From NCBI GenBank assembly GCA_003258735.1, contig QHME01000006.1:22518-86517 (forward strand): DNA of 64,000 bases, read 5' to 3'. Numbering within the stretch: the first letter of the stretch is position 1; every line of letters begins with the position of its first letter. The position numbers were made by a program, and so were the translations under genes. The stretch comes from Candidatus Melainabacteria bacterium. Lineage in GTDB: Bacteria; Cyanobacteriota; Vampirovibrionia; Gastranaerophilales; Gastranaerophilaceae. Positions 53,757 to 63,553 of the stretch are shown here, in pieces. The notes beneath the pieces were generated by a model. It made no database searches. It saw only the letters and a program-made list of their open reading frames with translations, and was not told the origin of the DNA.

Positions 53757-55484
53757 ATGAGTTTAAGTGCAAATGTAAATGAAAAAGCCAATTTGATTTG
53801 GGCAATAGCGGACAAATTAACAGGGGTCTATAAGCCTCACGAATATGGAAAAGTTATTTTACCTTTAACTGTAATAAGAAGATTTGACTGCATTTTAGCA
53901 GATACAAAACAAGCAGTATTAGATAAGCATAATTCTATGGCTGAAGATTTTCCGATGCGCGAACAATTTTTAAAGAAAACATCAGGTTATGAGTTTTATA
54001 ATACAAGCAAATACACATTTGAAAGTTTATTAGATGATGCAAACAATATAGAAGCAAACTTCAAAAATTATTTAAACGGTTTTTCTGCAAATGTTAGACA
54101 AATTATAGATAAATTTGAGTTCAATAATGAAATAACAAAACTTGCAGATAAAAACTTACTTTACATAGTTATTCAAGAATTTACGACTCCAAAGGCAGAT
54201 TTACACCCGAATAAAATTTCTAATCTCGAAATGGGTTATATCTTTGAAGAAATTATTCGTAGATTTTCAGAAGCACATAATGAAGATGCCGGACAGCACT
54301 ATACTCCAAGAGAAGTTATTGAACTCATGGTAAATATCTTGTTTACTAATGATAATGACATTTTGACAAATAATGTAGCTAAAACCATTTATGACCCTGC
54401 TTGTGGTACTGGTGGTATGTTATCTGTTGCAGAAGATTATTTGAAAAAGTTAAACAGTTCTGCAACGTTGTTACCGTTCGGACAGGAAATTAATGACGAA
54501 ACCTTTGCTATTTGTAAAGCAGATATGCTTATTAAAGGAAATGATGCAGACAAAATCAGAAACGGCAATACTTTATCAGATGATAATTTTAAAGGTGAAA
54601 CTTTTGATTATATCCTTTCAAATCCGCCATTTGGCAGAGAATGGAAGAACGATAAAAAAGCTGTTGAAGATGAAGCTAAATTAGGAGCGGGTGGCAGATT
54701 TGGTGCAGGGCTTCCGGCAGTTGGTGACGGTCAAATGCTATTCCTGCAAACTGCTATTGCAAAGATGAAAGACAGTTCACAAGGTGGAAGTAAAATTGCT
54801 ATTATTCATAATGGCTCACCATTATTTACAGGTGATGCAGGCTCAGGTCCGTCTGAAATAAGAAAGTATATTCTTGAACACGATATGCTTGAAGCAATTA
54901 TTGCTCTACCCAATGATATTTTCTACAATACGGGTATTGCAACATATATTTGGGTATTATCAAACAAGAAAGAAAAACGCAGAAAAGGTAAGGTTCAACT
55001 GATTAACGCAAACGGTATGTTTGAAAAACGTAGAAAATCACTTGGGAACAAGAGAAATGACATACCAAAACATTATATTGATGAGATTACTCAAATTTAT
55101 GCTGATTTTACAGAGAATGAAGTAAGTAAAATCTTTGATAATGAAGATTTTGGGTATTCTAAGATTGTTGTCGAAAGACCTGAAAAAGACGAAAACGGTA
55201 ATCCTGTATTAAAAGGCGGTAAGCCTGTCCCTAATACAAACTTGCGTGATACTGAAAATGTACCGCTTAAAGAAGATATTGGCGAATATTTTAAAAGGGA
55301 AGTTTTACCATATGCACCAGATGCATGGATAGAAGAAAAGAAAACAAAAGTTGGTTATGAAATACCTTTTACAAGGTATTTTTATAAATATGTACCGCCA
55401 AAACCGTCAGAAGATATTATGAATGAAATAAAAGAACTTGAAAAATCTCTTGACGGAGTATTAGAGGGAATATTTAATGACTGA
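53757..55484 (+). CDS. hsdM: type I restriction-modification system methyltransferase subunit HsdM
   Basis: 575 aa. N-terminal HsdM_N (LWAIADKLTGVYKPHEYGKVILPLTVIRRFD), motif I DPACGTGGML and motif IV NPPFG. Confidence 0.9.
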   Translation: MSLSANVNEKANLIWAIADKLTGVYKPHEYGKVILPLTVIRRFDCILADTKQAVLDKHNSMAEDFPMREQFLKKTSGYEFYNTSKYTFESLLDDANNIEANFKNYLNGFSANVRQIIDKFEFNNEITKLADKNLLYIVIQEFTTPKADLHPNKISNLEMGYIFEEIIRRFSEAHNEDAGQHYTPREVIELMVNILFTNDNDILTNNVAKTIYDPACGTGGMLSVAEDYLKKLNSSATLLPFGQEINDETFAICKADMLIKGNDADKIRNGNTLSDDNFKGETFDYILSNPPFGREWKNDKKAVEDEAKLGAGGRFGAGLPAVGDGQMLFLQTAIAKMKDSSQGGSKIAIIHNGSPLFTGDAGSGPSEIRKYILEHDMLEAIIALPNDIFYNTGIATYIWVLSNKKEKRRKGKVQLINANGMFEKRRKSLGNKRNDIPKHYIDEITQIYADFTENEVSKIFDNEDFGYSKIVVERPEKDENGNPVLKGGKPVPNTNLRDTENVPLKEDIGEYFKREVLPYAPDAWIEEKKTKVGYEIPFTRYFYKYVPPKPSEDIMNEIKELEKSLDGVLEGIFND

Positions 55485-56481
55485 TAAAGGCAACAAAGGT
55501 GAAATTGTTATATATAAAAATGAGAATGGAAACATTTCATTTGAAGCGAAGTTAGAAGATGAAACAATTTGGCTAACTCAGGATATGATGGCTAAATTGT
55601 TTGAAACTACTTCTCAAAATATTACTATGCACATAAAAAATATTTATGAGGAAGAGGAGTTAGAACAAATTTCAACTTGTAAGGATTTCTTACAAGTTCG
55701 AAAAGAAGGTAAGAGAGCGGTTTCCCGTAAACTTGCTTTCTATAATCTTGATATGATACTTTCTGTCGGTTATAGAATTAAATCTAAAACGGCTACACAG
55801 TTTCGTAAATGGGCGACAACTGTTTTAAAAGAATATATGACAAAAGGTTATGCAATAAATGAACATAAACTAAAACAGGAACAAGACAAGGTTAAAACTC
55901 TGCAAGATACGATAAAACTTCTTTCAAGGAGTTTAGAATATCAGGTTCAATCCTTAGACGAAGCAAAAGATGTTGCAAAACTTATGGATAATTTTGCAGG
56001 TGGACTTGATTTATTGGATAATTACGACCACAAAAAACTTGATTCTAAAGGAGTTACAACAAAAGAAGCAGTAAAAATTGAAGAACAGGAGTTTTTGACT
56101 GTTATTGATAAAATGAAATCCGAGTTTGCATCAGACGTTTTCGCAACTCCAAAGGATGAGAGTTTTTCAAGTTCGGTTAATCAGATTTATCAAACCTTTG
56201 ACGGAAAAGAGCTTTATCCGACATTAGAAGAAAAAGCCGCAACGCTTTTATATCTGATAGTAAAAAATCACAGTTTCGCAGACGGTAACAAACGTATCGG
56301 TGCAAGTTGTTTCTTGTATTTCTTGAATAGAAACAATATGCTCTACAGAAACGATAAACCGATAATAGATAATTCAACCTTGTTTGCTCTGACACTCTTG
56401 ATAGCAACATCAAAACCTGAAGAAATGGAAACAGTAAAACAGATTGTTTTGAGTATTCTGAATAGAGGAGGGGAACGGTAA
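55477..56481 (+). CDS. RhuM-family / Doc-Fic (death-on-curing-like) fusion protein embedded in the hsd operon
   Basis: 334 aa; start overlaps the hsdM stop (ATGACTGA). The N-terminal region resembles RhuM proteins commonly found between hsdM and hsdS. The C-terminal HSFADGNKRIGAS matches the Doc/Fic H-x-F-x-D-G-N-K-R motif. Confidence 0.65.
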   Translation: MTDKGNKGEIVIYKNENGNISFEAKLEDETIWLTQDMMAKLFETTSQNITMHIKNIYEEEELEQISTCKDFLQVRKEGKRAVSRKLAFYNLDMILSVGYRIKSKTATQFRKWATTVLKEYMTKGYAINEHKLKQEQDKVKTLQDTIKLLSRSLEYQVQSLDEAKDVAKLMDNFAGGLDLLDNYDHKKLDSKGVTTKEAVKIEEQEFLTVIDKMKSEFASDVFATPKDESFSSSVNQIYQTFDGKELYPTLEEKAATLLYLIVKNHSFADGNKRIGASCFLYFLNRNNMLYRNDKPIIDNSTLFALTLLIATSKPEEMETVKQIVLSILNRGGER

Positions 56482-57807
56482 ATGTTTACAATAGAAGATC
56501 TAATAGAAAAAATATATGAACCAAAAACAAAAGAATTATTTAGAGATGTTTATACGTCTTATACTCAAGGACAGTATAGAGCCACTGTTGTTATGCTTTG
56601 GACAGTTGTAATTTGTGATTTTATATATAAACTGCAATATTTAAAAGACATTTATAATGATGCAACAGCAATCGACATATTAGAAAAAATAGCGGATAAA
56701 CAGAAAAAAAATCCTAAAAACCCAGAATGGGAGAATTTCCTTATTGATACAATTTTTGAAAGAACAAATTTTATAGATGAAATAGAAAAAGAAAATTTAA
56801 ACTATTTACAAAAACAGCGTAATTTATGTGCACACCCGATTATTACAAATGAAAATATTTTATTTAAACCGACAAAAGAACTAACACGCTCCCTAATAAG
56901 AATAGCATTGGATTCGGTACTGTTAAAATCAACATTATTATCAAAAAGGTATGTTGATACTATATTAGAAGATTTGGAAAAAAGAATTGATGACTTTTTC
57001 CCTTGGGATGATAATTTTGAGAGGTATTGTCAAAATAGGTATTTGAATCATTTAAATAAAAATCAAATCTTGAAGCTATTTAAATTATTATGGAGGATGA
57101 CTTTCTCTCCACATAATGATAGAGAAGAACAAAACTCATTTACAAATTTACAACTATTAAAATTTATATTCAAAAAATATAAATCACAATGTATTGATTA
57201 TATGAGACAAGATATTGAAGCGTACTCATATGATAAATCTAATAACAAGGCAAAGGAATATTTTAATGGCTTTATAATCGAAAATTATAACATGTATTCA
57301 CATTTATCTGAACAAACAAAAGCATTATTTGAATCTGAAATTAGACAATTCCCTAGTGACATGCCATATTTCTTTATTTCGCAAAAAACTTTTGAAGAAT
57401 ACTTAAGAGGGTTAAATGAAGAATTTAACAATCGTTTAGAAACTATCGGAAAACATTCAATTTGGCTTCCCGCAATTAATTTACGTAATCAAGCAAAAGA
57501 GAGAGAATTAGAAAATATGCTTTATAGCATGTATATTAATTGGTATGCAAGTAGTATTAACTATAATGAGGCAGATATATTATTTGATGAGTTAATAAAG
57601 AACAACCTTAAAGAATTTTCATTGGAACAAATTATAGAACTCATAAAATTTTCTTCAAAAAATAGTCAGACATATAATAGGGGGAAGGCAACACAAGACC
57701 ATAAATATATTATCCAAAGATATCTTAAATTAGATGGTGATTATGATAATATTCATAATACCCCATTTGAAGATTTATATATTGAATTAGGGGGGTGTCC
57801 ATTTTAA
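56482..57807 (+). CDS. HEPN-like (R-x4-H motif) Abi-like protein embedded in the hsd operon, uncharacterised
   Basis: 441 aa. The ATG immediately follows the upstream TAA, and its own stop overlaps the hsdS ATG (TAATG). R-x4-H motif in QRNLCAHP around residue 115; no P-loop; predicted alpha-helical. Confidence 0.4.
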   Translation: MFTIEDLIEKIYEPKTKELFRDVYTSYTQGQYRATVVMLWTVVICDFIYKLQYLKDIYNDATAIDILEKIADKQKKNPKNPEWENFLIDTIFERTNFIDEIEKENLNYLQKQRNLCAHPIITNENILFKPTKELTRSLIRIALDSVLLKSTLLSKRYVDTILEDLEKRIDDFFPWDDNFERYCQNRYLNHLNKNQILKLFKLLWRMTFSPHNDREEQNSFTNLQLLKFIFKKYKSQCIDYMRQDIEAYSYDKSNNKAKEYFNGFIIENYNMYSHLSEQTKALFESEIRQFPSDMPYFFISQKTFEEYLRGLNEEFNNRLETIGKHSIWLPAINLRNQAKERELENMLYSMYINWYASSINYNEADILFDELIKNNLKEFSLEQIIELIKFSSKNSQTYNRGKATQDHKYIIQRYLKLDGDYDNIHNTPFEDLYIELGGCPF

Positions 57808-59120
57808 TGCTACAAAGTGAAACTGTTAAAAAATACGATACATATAAAGATAGTGGGATTGAGTGGATTGGTGAAATCCCGCAAGAATGGACAGTTGGTA
57901 ATTTAAAAAGGTTAACCGATTTTATAAAGAACGGTACCTCCGCTACACAAGTTGAGAATGAAACAGAATATAAAGTTAGCCGAATTGAAACCATATCAAC
58001 TGGAGAAATAAATTATTCTAAGACTGGATATGTACAGTATTTTGATAATATTGATGATTATAAACTGAATAGCAATGACATATTGTTCTCTAATATAAAT
58101 AGTCTCGAGATGGTAGGAAATGTTGCAATTTATGATAATAAAGAATCATTGTATAGTGGAATGAATTTATTGAGAATCTCTGTAAATAAAAACTGTTGTC
58201 CAAAATGGTTATTTTATGTTCTCAAAAATTCATATTTTAAAGAACAAGTGAAAGCAAATGCAAAGCACGCAATTAATCAAGTAAGTATTAGTGTTGGTAG
58301 GTTATCTCAAATACCTATTATTATTCCGATAAAAGACGAACAACAGCAGATTGCGGATTATTTGGATAAAAAGTGTGGGGAGATTGATAAGGTTGTTGAA
58401 ACGGAAAAGTCGGTTATTGAAAAGTTAAAAGAGTATAAGCAATCAATAATTACCGAAGCCGTAACAAAAGGTTTAGACAAATCCGTTCCATTAAAAGATA
58501 GCGGTATAGAATGGATAGGCAAAATCCCTCAACATTGGGATGTTTGTAAATTGTTAAAATTATACAAAGAAAGAAAATGTAAAAATAAAGGGAATATAGA
58601 AACAAATGTATTGTCGTTAAGTTATGGTAATATTAAAAAACGTAATGTTAAAAATAATATGGGCTTGTTGCCAGAAAGCTTTGAAACATATAACATTATT
58701 ATTCCAAATAATATTGTTTTACGACTTACGGATTTACAAAATGATCATAAGAGTTTAAGATGTGGTCTTGTAAAAGAACAAGGTATTATTACTTCTGCAT
58801 ATGTAACATTAGAAAAAAAGATTGATAGAATATCATCTAATTACTATTACAGACTGCTTTATACTTTTGACATAATGAAAGGCTTTTACGGAATGGGAGA
58901 TGGAGTAAGACAAAATTTGAAGTATGACGGAGAACTTTGTAATTTACTAGTTGTTAAACCTCCTTTTGAAGAACAACAGCAAATTGCGAAATATCTTGAT
59001 AATAAATGTTCTGAAATAGACAAAGCGATAGCAGATAAGGAACAAGTTATAGAAAAATTCACCGAATACAAAAAATCCCTAATCTACGAATGCGTAACAG
59101 GCAAAAGAAAGGTAGTTTAA
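57807..59120 (+). CDS. hsdS: type I restriction-modification specificity subunit HsdS (two target-recognition domains)
   Basis: The two halves share conserved repeats (EQQQIADYLDKKCGEIDKVVETEKSVIEKLKEYKQSIITEAVTKG and EQQQIAKYLDNKCSEIDKAIADKEQVIEKFTEYKKSLIYECVTGK), and each TRD starts with SGIEWIG.IPQ.W. Start taken at the ATG 57807 (coupled); GTG 57795 is the alternative. Confidence 0.85.
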   Translation: MLQSETVKKYDTYKDSGIEWIGEIPQEWTVGNLKRLTDFIKNGTSATQVENETEYKVSRIETISTGEINYSKTGYVQYFDNIDDYKLNSNDILFSNINSLEMVGNVAIYDNKESLYSGMNLLRISVNKNCCPKWLFYVLKNSYFKEQVKANAKHAINQVSISVGRLSQIPIIIPIKDEQQQIADYLDKKCGEIDKVVETEKSVIEKLKEYKQSIITEAVTKGLDKSVPLKDSGIEWIGKIPQHWDVCKLLKLYKERKCKNKGNIETNVLSLSYGNIKKRNVKNNMGLLPESFETYNIIIPNNIVLRLTDLQNDHKSLRCGLVKEQGIITSAYVTLEKKIDRISSNYYYRLLYTFDIMKGFYGMGDGVRQNLKYDGELCNLLVVKPPFEEQQQIAKYLDNKCSEIDKAIADKEQVIEKFTEYKKSLIYECVTGKRKVV

Positions 59121-59122
59121 TT

Positions 59123-59566
59123 ATGAATATTATTGAATTTATGAAAAATTTAGATGCAAAAATATTGTGTGCAATAATTGCATTAATAAGTTCTATTATT
59201 GGTACTATCTTGGGAGCTTTTCTAACATTTATTTTTAACATATTAAATGAAATTATCAAAAGAAATAGAGACCATATTGTACACATAAAAGATGTAAAGG
59301 AAAATATTTATCAAAAATGCTGTGAATTGCTAGATAAAGTTACCCTACTCGACAAAAACAATGTTATAAATAATACTGAGTACTATGAAAGAATGGTTGA
59401 TAATTTTATTTCAATATCTGTTCAAATGAAACTGTTTACCCCAAGACATATATTTGAAAAATTTGCGGAATTAGTAAAAGAATTTAGTGATAATAAAGAT
59501 ATTTCAAAAGAAAAAGAAAAAGATTTTATTAATATATTAAGAAAAGATTTAAAAATAGAGGAATAA
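59123..59566 (+). CDS. small membrane-anchored protein embedded between hsdS and hsdR, unknown
   Basis: About 147 aa from the ATG 59123. One N-terminal TM helix (ILCAIIALISSIIGTILGAFLTFIF), then a charged helical domain. Its stop abuts the hsdR ATG. Confidence 0.4.
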   Translation: MNIIEFMKNLDAKILCAIIALISSIIGTILGAFLTFIFNILNEIIKRNRDHIVHIKDVKENIYQKCCELLDKVTLLDKNNVINNTEYYERMVDNFISISVQMKLFTPRHIFEKFAELVKEFSDNKDISKEKEKDFINILRKDLKIEE

Positions 59567-59569
59567 ACA

Positions 59570-62500
59570 ATGCAAGACACTTTATTAAAAGAAAAAAATT
59601 TTGAAGAAGCGATTGAGAATTATTTAATAACAGAAGGTGGTTATGAAAAAGGGATTCCCGAACATCTAAACAGAGCTTCTGCATTAGATGAAGATACCTT
59701 TATCAATTTTATAAAAACTACTCAACCAACCGAATGGGAAAAACATACACGAAATTATCCTAACAATCCCGAACAGGCTCTTTTAAGAAGATTTCAAGAA
59801 GAAGTATCCGCTACAAATTTGTTGCAAGTTTTAAGACATGGTTTTAAAGATAGAGGTGTAAAGTTCTATCCATGTTATTTTAAACCCGAAACAACAATGA
59901 ATCCCGAACATAACAAAAAATATTCTCAAAACATTCTGCATTGCACTCGTCAGATGAAATTTTCTTTGTTAGATGAAAGAAGTATTGATATTGTTCTTTT
60001 GCTTAATGGTATTCCTGTCGTATCTATGGAACTCAAAAATCAATTCACCGGACAAGATGTTTCAAACGCAATAAGTCAATATAAATTCGATAGAGCCACA
60101 AAAGACAAAATGTTTGAATTTAAGCAAAGAGTTTTAGTACATTTTGCAGTTGATTTGTATGACGTTTATATGACTACAAGATTACAGGGAACAAGCACAT
60201 ATTTCTTGCCATTCAATCAAGGTTCAAACGGTGCTGGAAATGTAGGTGGTAAAGGGAACCCACAGATAGAAGATGATTATTTAACCTCATACCTTTGGAA
60301 AAGAGTTTTGAAAAAAGATTCATTAATGGAAATCTTGCAAAAATATATGCACCTTAAAGTTGAAGATATAAAAGACAAAGACGGCAAGATAACAGGCAAA
60401 AAAGAAACTATGATATTCCCTCGTTATCACCAATTAGATGTCGTAACTAAATTATTGGAAGATGTAAAAGAAAACGGTAGTGGCAAAAACTACTTAATTC
60501 AACATAGTGCCGGTAGTGGAAAATCAAACTCTATAGCTTGGCTTGCACATAGATTACAAAGTTTACACGATAAAAATGACGAAGTTATCTTCAATTCTGT
60601 TATCGTTGTTACTGATAGAAAAATTCTTGATAGCCAATTACAAGATACAATTTATCAGTTCGACCATATTGACGGAGTTGTAAGACCAATAACAAAAGGC
60701 TCTGAAAGTTTAAAGACTGCTCTTAATGACGGTGCAAAAATTATTATTACAACTTTGCAGAAATTCCCATACATCTATCAAGATGTTCAAGCAACAGGAA
60801 AAAGATACGCAGTAATTGTAGATGAGGCACATTCTTCTCAATCGGGTACGGCTGCTAAAAAATTAAAAGTTGCATTAGGTGATACGGAAGAAGTGCTAGA
60901 ACAATACGCAAGAGAGGAAGCCGAAGAAGAAAGCAAAATGGAAGATTACGAAGATAATTTGGTAAAAGAATTGTCAACTCATGGTATGCACAAAAATATA
61001 TCTTTCTTTGCTTTTACTGCTACACCTAAAAATAAGACATTACAATTATTTGGTGAAAAACAAGAAAACGGAACATATAGACCGTTTCATATTTATTCAA
61101 TGCGACAGGCTATTGAAGAAGGGTTTATTTTAGATGTTCTTCAAAATTATACGACATATAGACAATATTATAAAATAGCAAAGAAAATTGAAGGCGATCC
61201 GGAATATGATAAAGCGAAAGGTGCAAGAGCAGTTTCAAGATTTGAAAGTTTACACCCTCATAATATTGCTCAAAAAACTGCGATTATAATTGAACACTTT
61301 AGAGAAGTTACCAAAAATAAAATAGACGGCAAAGCAAAGGCTATGGTAGTTACTGCATCAAGATTACACGCCGTAAGATATTTATTTGAGTTTAGAAGAT
61401 ACATACAAGAACATAACTATACTGATTTGGATGTATTAGTAGCATTTTCGGGAAGTATTGAAGATGAAGGACAAGAGTGGACTGAAGAAAAAATCAATAA
61501 AACAAAAGACGGTGAAGTTATTAAAGAAAACCAACTCAAAAAATACTTCCATGATGAGTTTGATATGCTTATTGTTGCAGAAAAATATCAAACCGGATTT
61601 GATGAGCCACTACTTCATACAATGTTTGTTGATAAAAAATTAAATAGTGTAAAAGCAGTTCAAACATTATCAAGACTTAATAGAACAACAAGAGGCAAAG
61701 AAGATACTTTTGTTCTTGACTTTGCTAACACACAGGAAGAAATACAAAGAGCATTTCAACCGTTCTATGAGGCAACTGTTCTTGAAGATGAAACTGATCC
61801 AAACTTGATTTATACACTTAAACGACAATTAGACGATTTTCATGTATATCAAGAAAGAGAAGTTGAAGAATTTGCAAAGAAATTCTATCAAAAAACGATT
61901 CCTACATTAAGCATACTTTCACCAATATTAAAGCCTGCGGTTGAAAGATATGAGGCATTAGAAGATAAACAAAAAGACGAATTTAAGTCATTGATACATG
62001 GGTTTAACAGGTCTTATTCTTTCATCACGCAAATATGCAGAATGTTTGATAAAGACATGCAAAAACTATATGTCTTTACCAAATACTTGACTAAATTATT
62101 ACCTATAGATAATTCTGAAAAAATTAATTTAGAAGATGCGTTATTGCTTGAATATTACAAACTTCAAAAAACAGCTGAAGGTAATATAACATTAGAAAAA
62201 ACTGAAGGTGTTGTTCCTGGAATAAAAGGTGGTGCCAGATCGGGTAGTAAAGAAAAAGAAAAAGGAAGTCTGTCTGAAATACTTGATAAATTCAACAAGA
62301 AATTCGGTACAACATTTACTGAACAAGATAAAGTTCTTGCACAATTAAAAGCTGATATGATGAAAAATGAGCAAATGGCTAATTCTGCCAAATCAGGTGA
62401 TAAAACTGCATTTAAAACACTTTATGATAAACAATTTAACGATATTGCTATTAATCGTTATGAAGAAAACGACAGCTTCTTTAAAGGGTTATTTGAAAAC

Positions 62501-62575
62501 GCAGACAAACTTAAATTTATAAAAGAATTGTTATTGGCAGATGTTTATAACGAATTAAGAAACAAGGGAATATAA
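59570..62575 (+). CDS. hsdR: type I restriction enzyme R subunit HsdR
   Basis: 1001 aa. N-terminal HsdR_N nuclease region; SF2 helicase motif I QHSAGSGKSNSIAW and motif II VIVDEAHSSQ; C-terminal helical domain. Confidence 0.9.
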   Translation: MQDTLLKEKNFEEAIENYLITEGGYEKGIPEHLNRASALDEDTFINFIKTTQPTEWEKHTRNYPNNPEQALLRRFQEEVSATNLLQVLRHGFKDRGVKFYPCYFKPETTMNPEHNKKYSQNILHCTRQMKFSLLDERSIDIVLLLNGIPVVSMELKNQFTGQDVSNAISQYKFDRATKDKMFEFKQRVLVHFAVDLYDVYMTTRLQGTSTYFLPFNQGSNGAGNVGGKGNPQIEDDYLTSYLWKRVLKKDSLMEILQKYMHLKVEDIKDKDGKITGKKETMIFPRYHQLDVVTKLLEDVKENGSGKNYLIQHSAGSGKSNSIAWLAHRLQSLHDKNDEVIFNSVIVVTDRKILDSQLQDTIYQFDHIDGVVRPITKGSESLKTALNDGAKIIITTLQKFPYIYQDVQATGKRYAVIVDEAHSSQSGTAAKKLKVALGDTEEVLEQYAREEAEEESKMEDYEDNLVKELSTHGMHKNISFFAFTATPKNKTLQLFGEKQENGTYRPFHIYSMRQAIEEGFILDVLQNYTTYRQYYKIAKKIEGDPEYDKAKGARAVSRFESLHPHNIAQKTAIIIEHFREVTKNKIDGKAKAMVVTASRLHAVRYLFEFRRYIQEHNYTDLDVLVAFSGSIEDEGQEWTEEKINKTKDGEVIKENQLKKYFHDEFDMLIVAEKYQTGFDEPLLHTMFVDKKLNSVKAVQTLSRLNRTTRGKEDTFVLDFANTQEEIQRAFQPFYEATVLEDETDPNLIYTLKRQLDDFHVYQEREVEEFAKKFYQKTIPTLSILSPILKPAVERYEALEDKQKDEFKSLIHGFNRSYSFITQICRMFDKDMQKLYVFTKYLTKLLPIDNSEKINLEDALLLEYYKLQKTAEGNITLEKTEGVVPGIKGGARSGSKEKEKGSLSEILDKFNKKFGTTFTEQDKVLAQLKADMMKNEQMANSAKSGDKTAFKTLYDKQFNDIAINRYEENDSFFKGLFENADKLKFIKELLLADVYNELRNKGI

Positions 62576-62576
62576 A

Positions 62577-63530
62577 AATGTATAAACCACCATTTGAAAT
62601 TACATCAAAAATAATTGAACTTATTTCCAATATTTCGGGAAAAATTGGAGAAATTAATTATCTTCAAAATAACCCCTATCATATGCAATAGCGAAAAGAA
62701 AACTGAATTAAAACTATTCATTCTTCGCTTGCTATTGAAAACAACAGTTTGAGCCTAAAGCAAATTACAGCAATAAGTGAAGGTAAACACGTACTTGGAA
62801 ATCCTAATGAGATTAAGGAAGTAAAGAATTCTATTAGGGCTTATGATTTGCTTTTATCACTTAAGCCATATAATGAAAAAGACTTACTAAAAGCTCACAA
62901 ACTTATGATGCAAGATTTAGTTGATAGAAATGGCAAATACAGAACATACGGAGTTGGAATATTTGACGGAGAAAAAGTTGTTCATCTTGCACCTTCTGCG
63001 GATAGAGTTCCGGAACTATGTTTAATTTGTTCAAATGGCAAAAAGAAAGCGATGCACATCCGCTTATTAAAAGCTGTGTTTCTCATTACGAATTTGAAAT
63101 TATTCACCCATTTCAAGACGAAAATGGCAGAATGGGGCGTTTGTGGCAGACTGTAATTTTAAAAGAATGGAAAGAAATATTTGCTTGGCTTTCTGTTGAA
63201 ACATTAATTAAAGAAAATCAGAAAGAATATTATAATGTTCTTGGGGCAAGTGACAGTGATGCAAATAGCACCAAATTTATAGAATTTATGCTTTCTTTAA
63301 TCTTGAATACAATAGAAGAAATTATTGAAACAGAAAAAAGGTTTACTGTAAATCAACAAAAAATTATTGATGCAATAAAAGACAATCCGTATGTTACACA
63401 AGAAGAACTTGCTGATATTGTTGGAATTGCAAGAAAAAATATAATTGCAAATATGAAAAAACTCCAAACAAACGGATTAATAAAACGTGTTGGTGCCGAT
63501 AAAAATGGTCATTGGCTTGTTGAAGACTAA
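62577..63530 (+). pseudogene. Fic-family (FIC domain, HPFx[DE]GNGR) gene, degraded
   Basis: The N-terminal frame MYKPPFEITSKIIELISNISGKIGEINYLQNNPYHMQ contains in-frame TAG and TGA stops within the conserved LRKEN.IKTIHSSLAIENNSL region. A frameshift splits ORFs 62749..63156 and 63018..63530. The Fic motif EIIHPFQDENGRMGRLW is present in the last frame. Confidence 0.65.
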
Positions 63531-63553
63531 TTTCTTTAAGTTATGATTATACC

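Noticed and set aside
56482-57807. PrrC/RloC-type anticodon nuclease identity for the hsd-embedded 441-aa protein
   Set aside because: It lacks the N-terminal Walker A (GxxxxGK[ST]) ABC-ATPase region that defines PrrC/RloC. Only the minimal Rx4H motif is present.
62680-62700. TAG/TGA inside the Fic gene as evidence of an alternative genetic code (TGA=Trp/Gly)
   Set aside because: All other long ORFs in the window terminate at standard stops, and TGA and TAG both occur as genuine terminators. Two different stop types plus a frameshift indicate a pseudogene.
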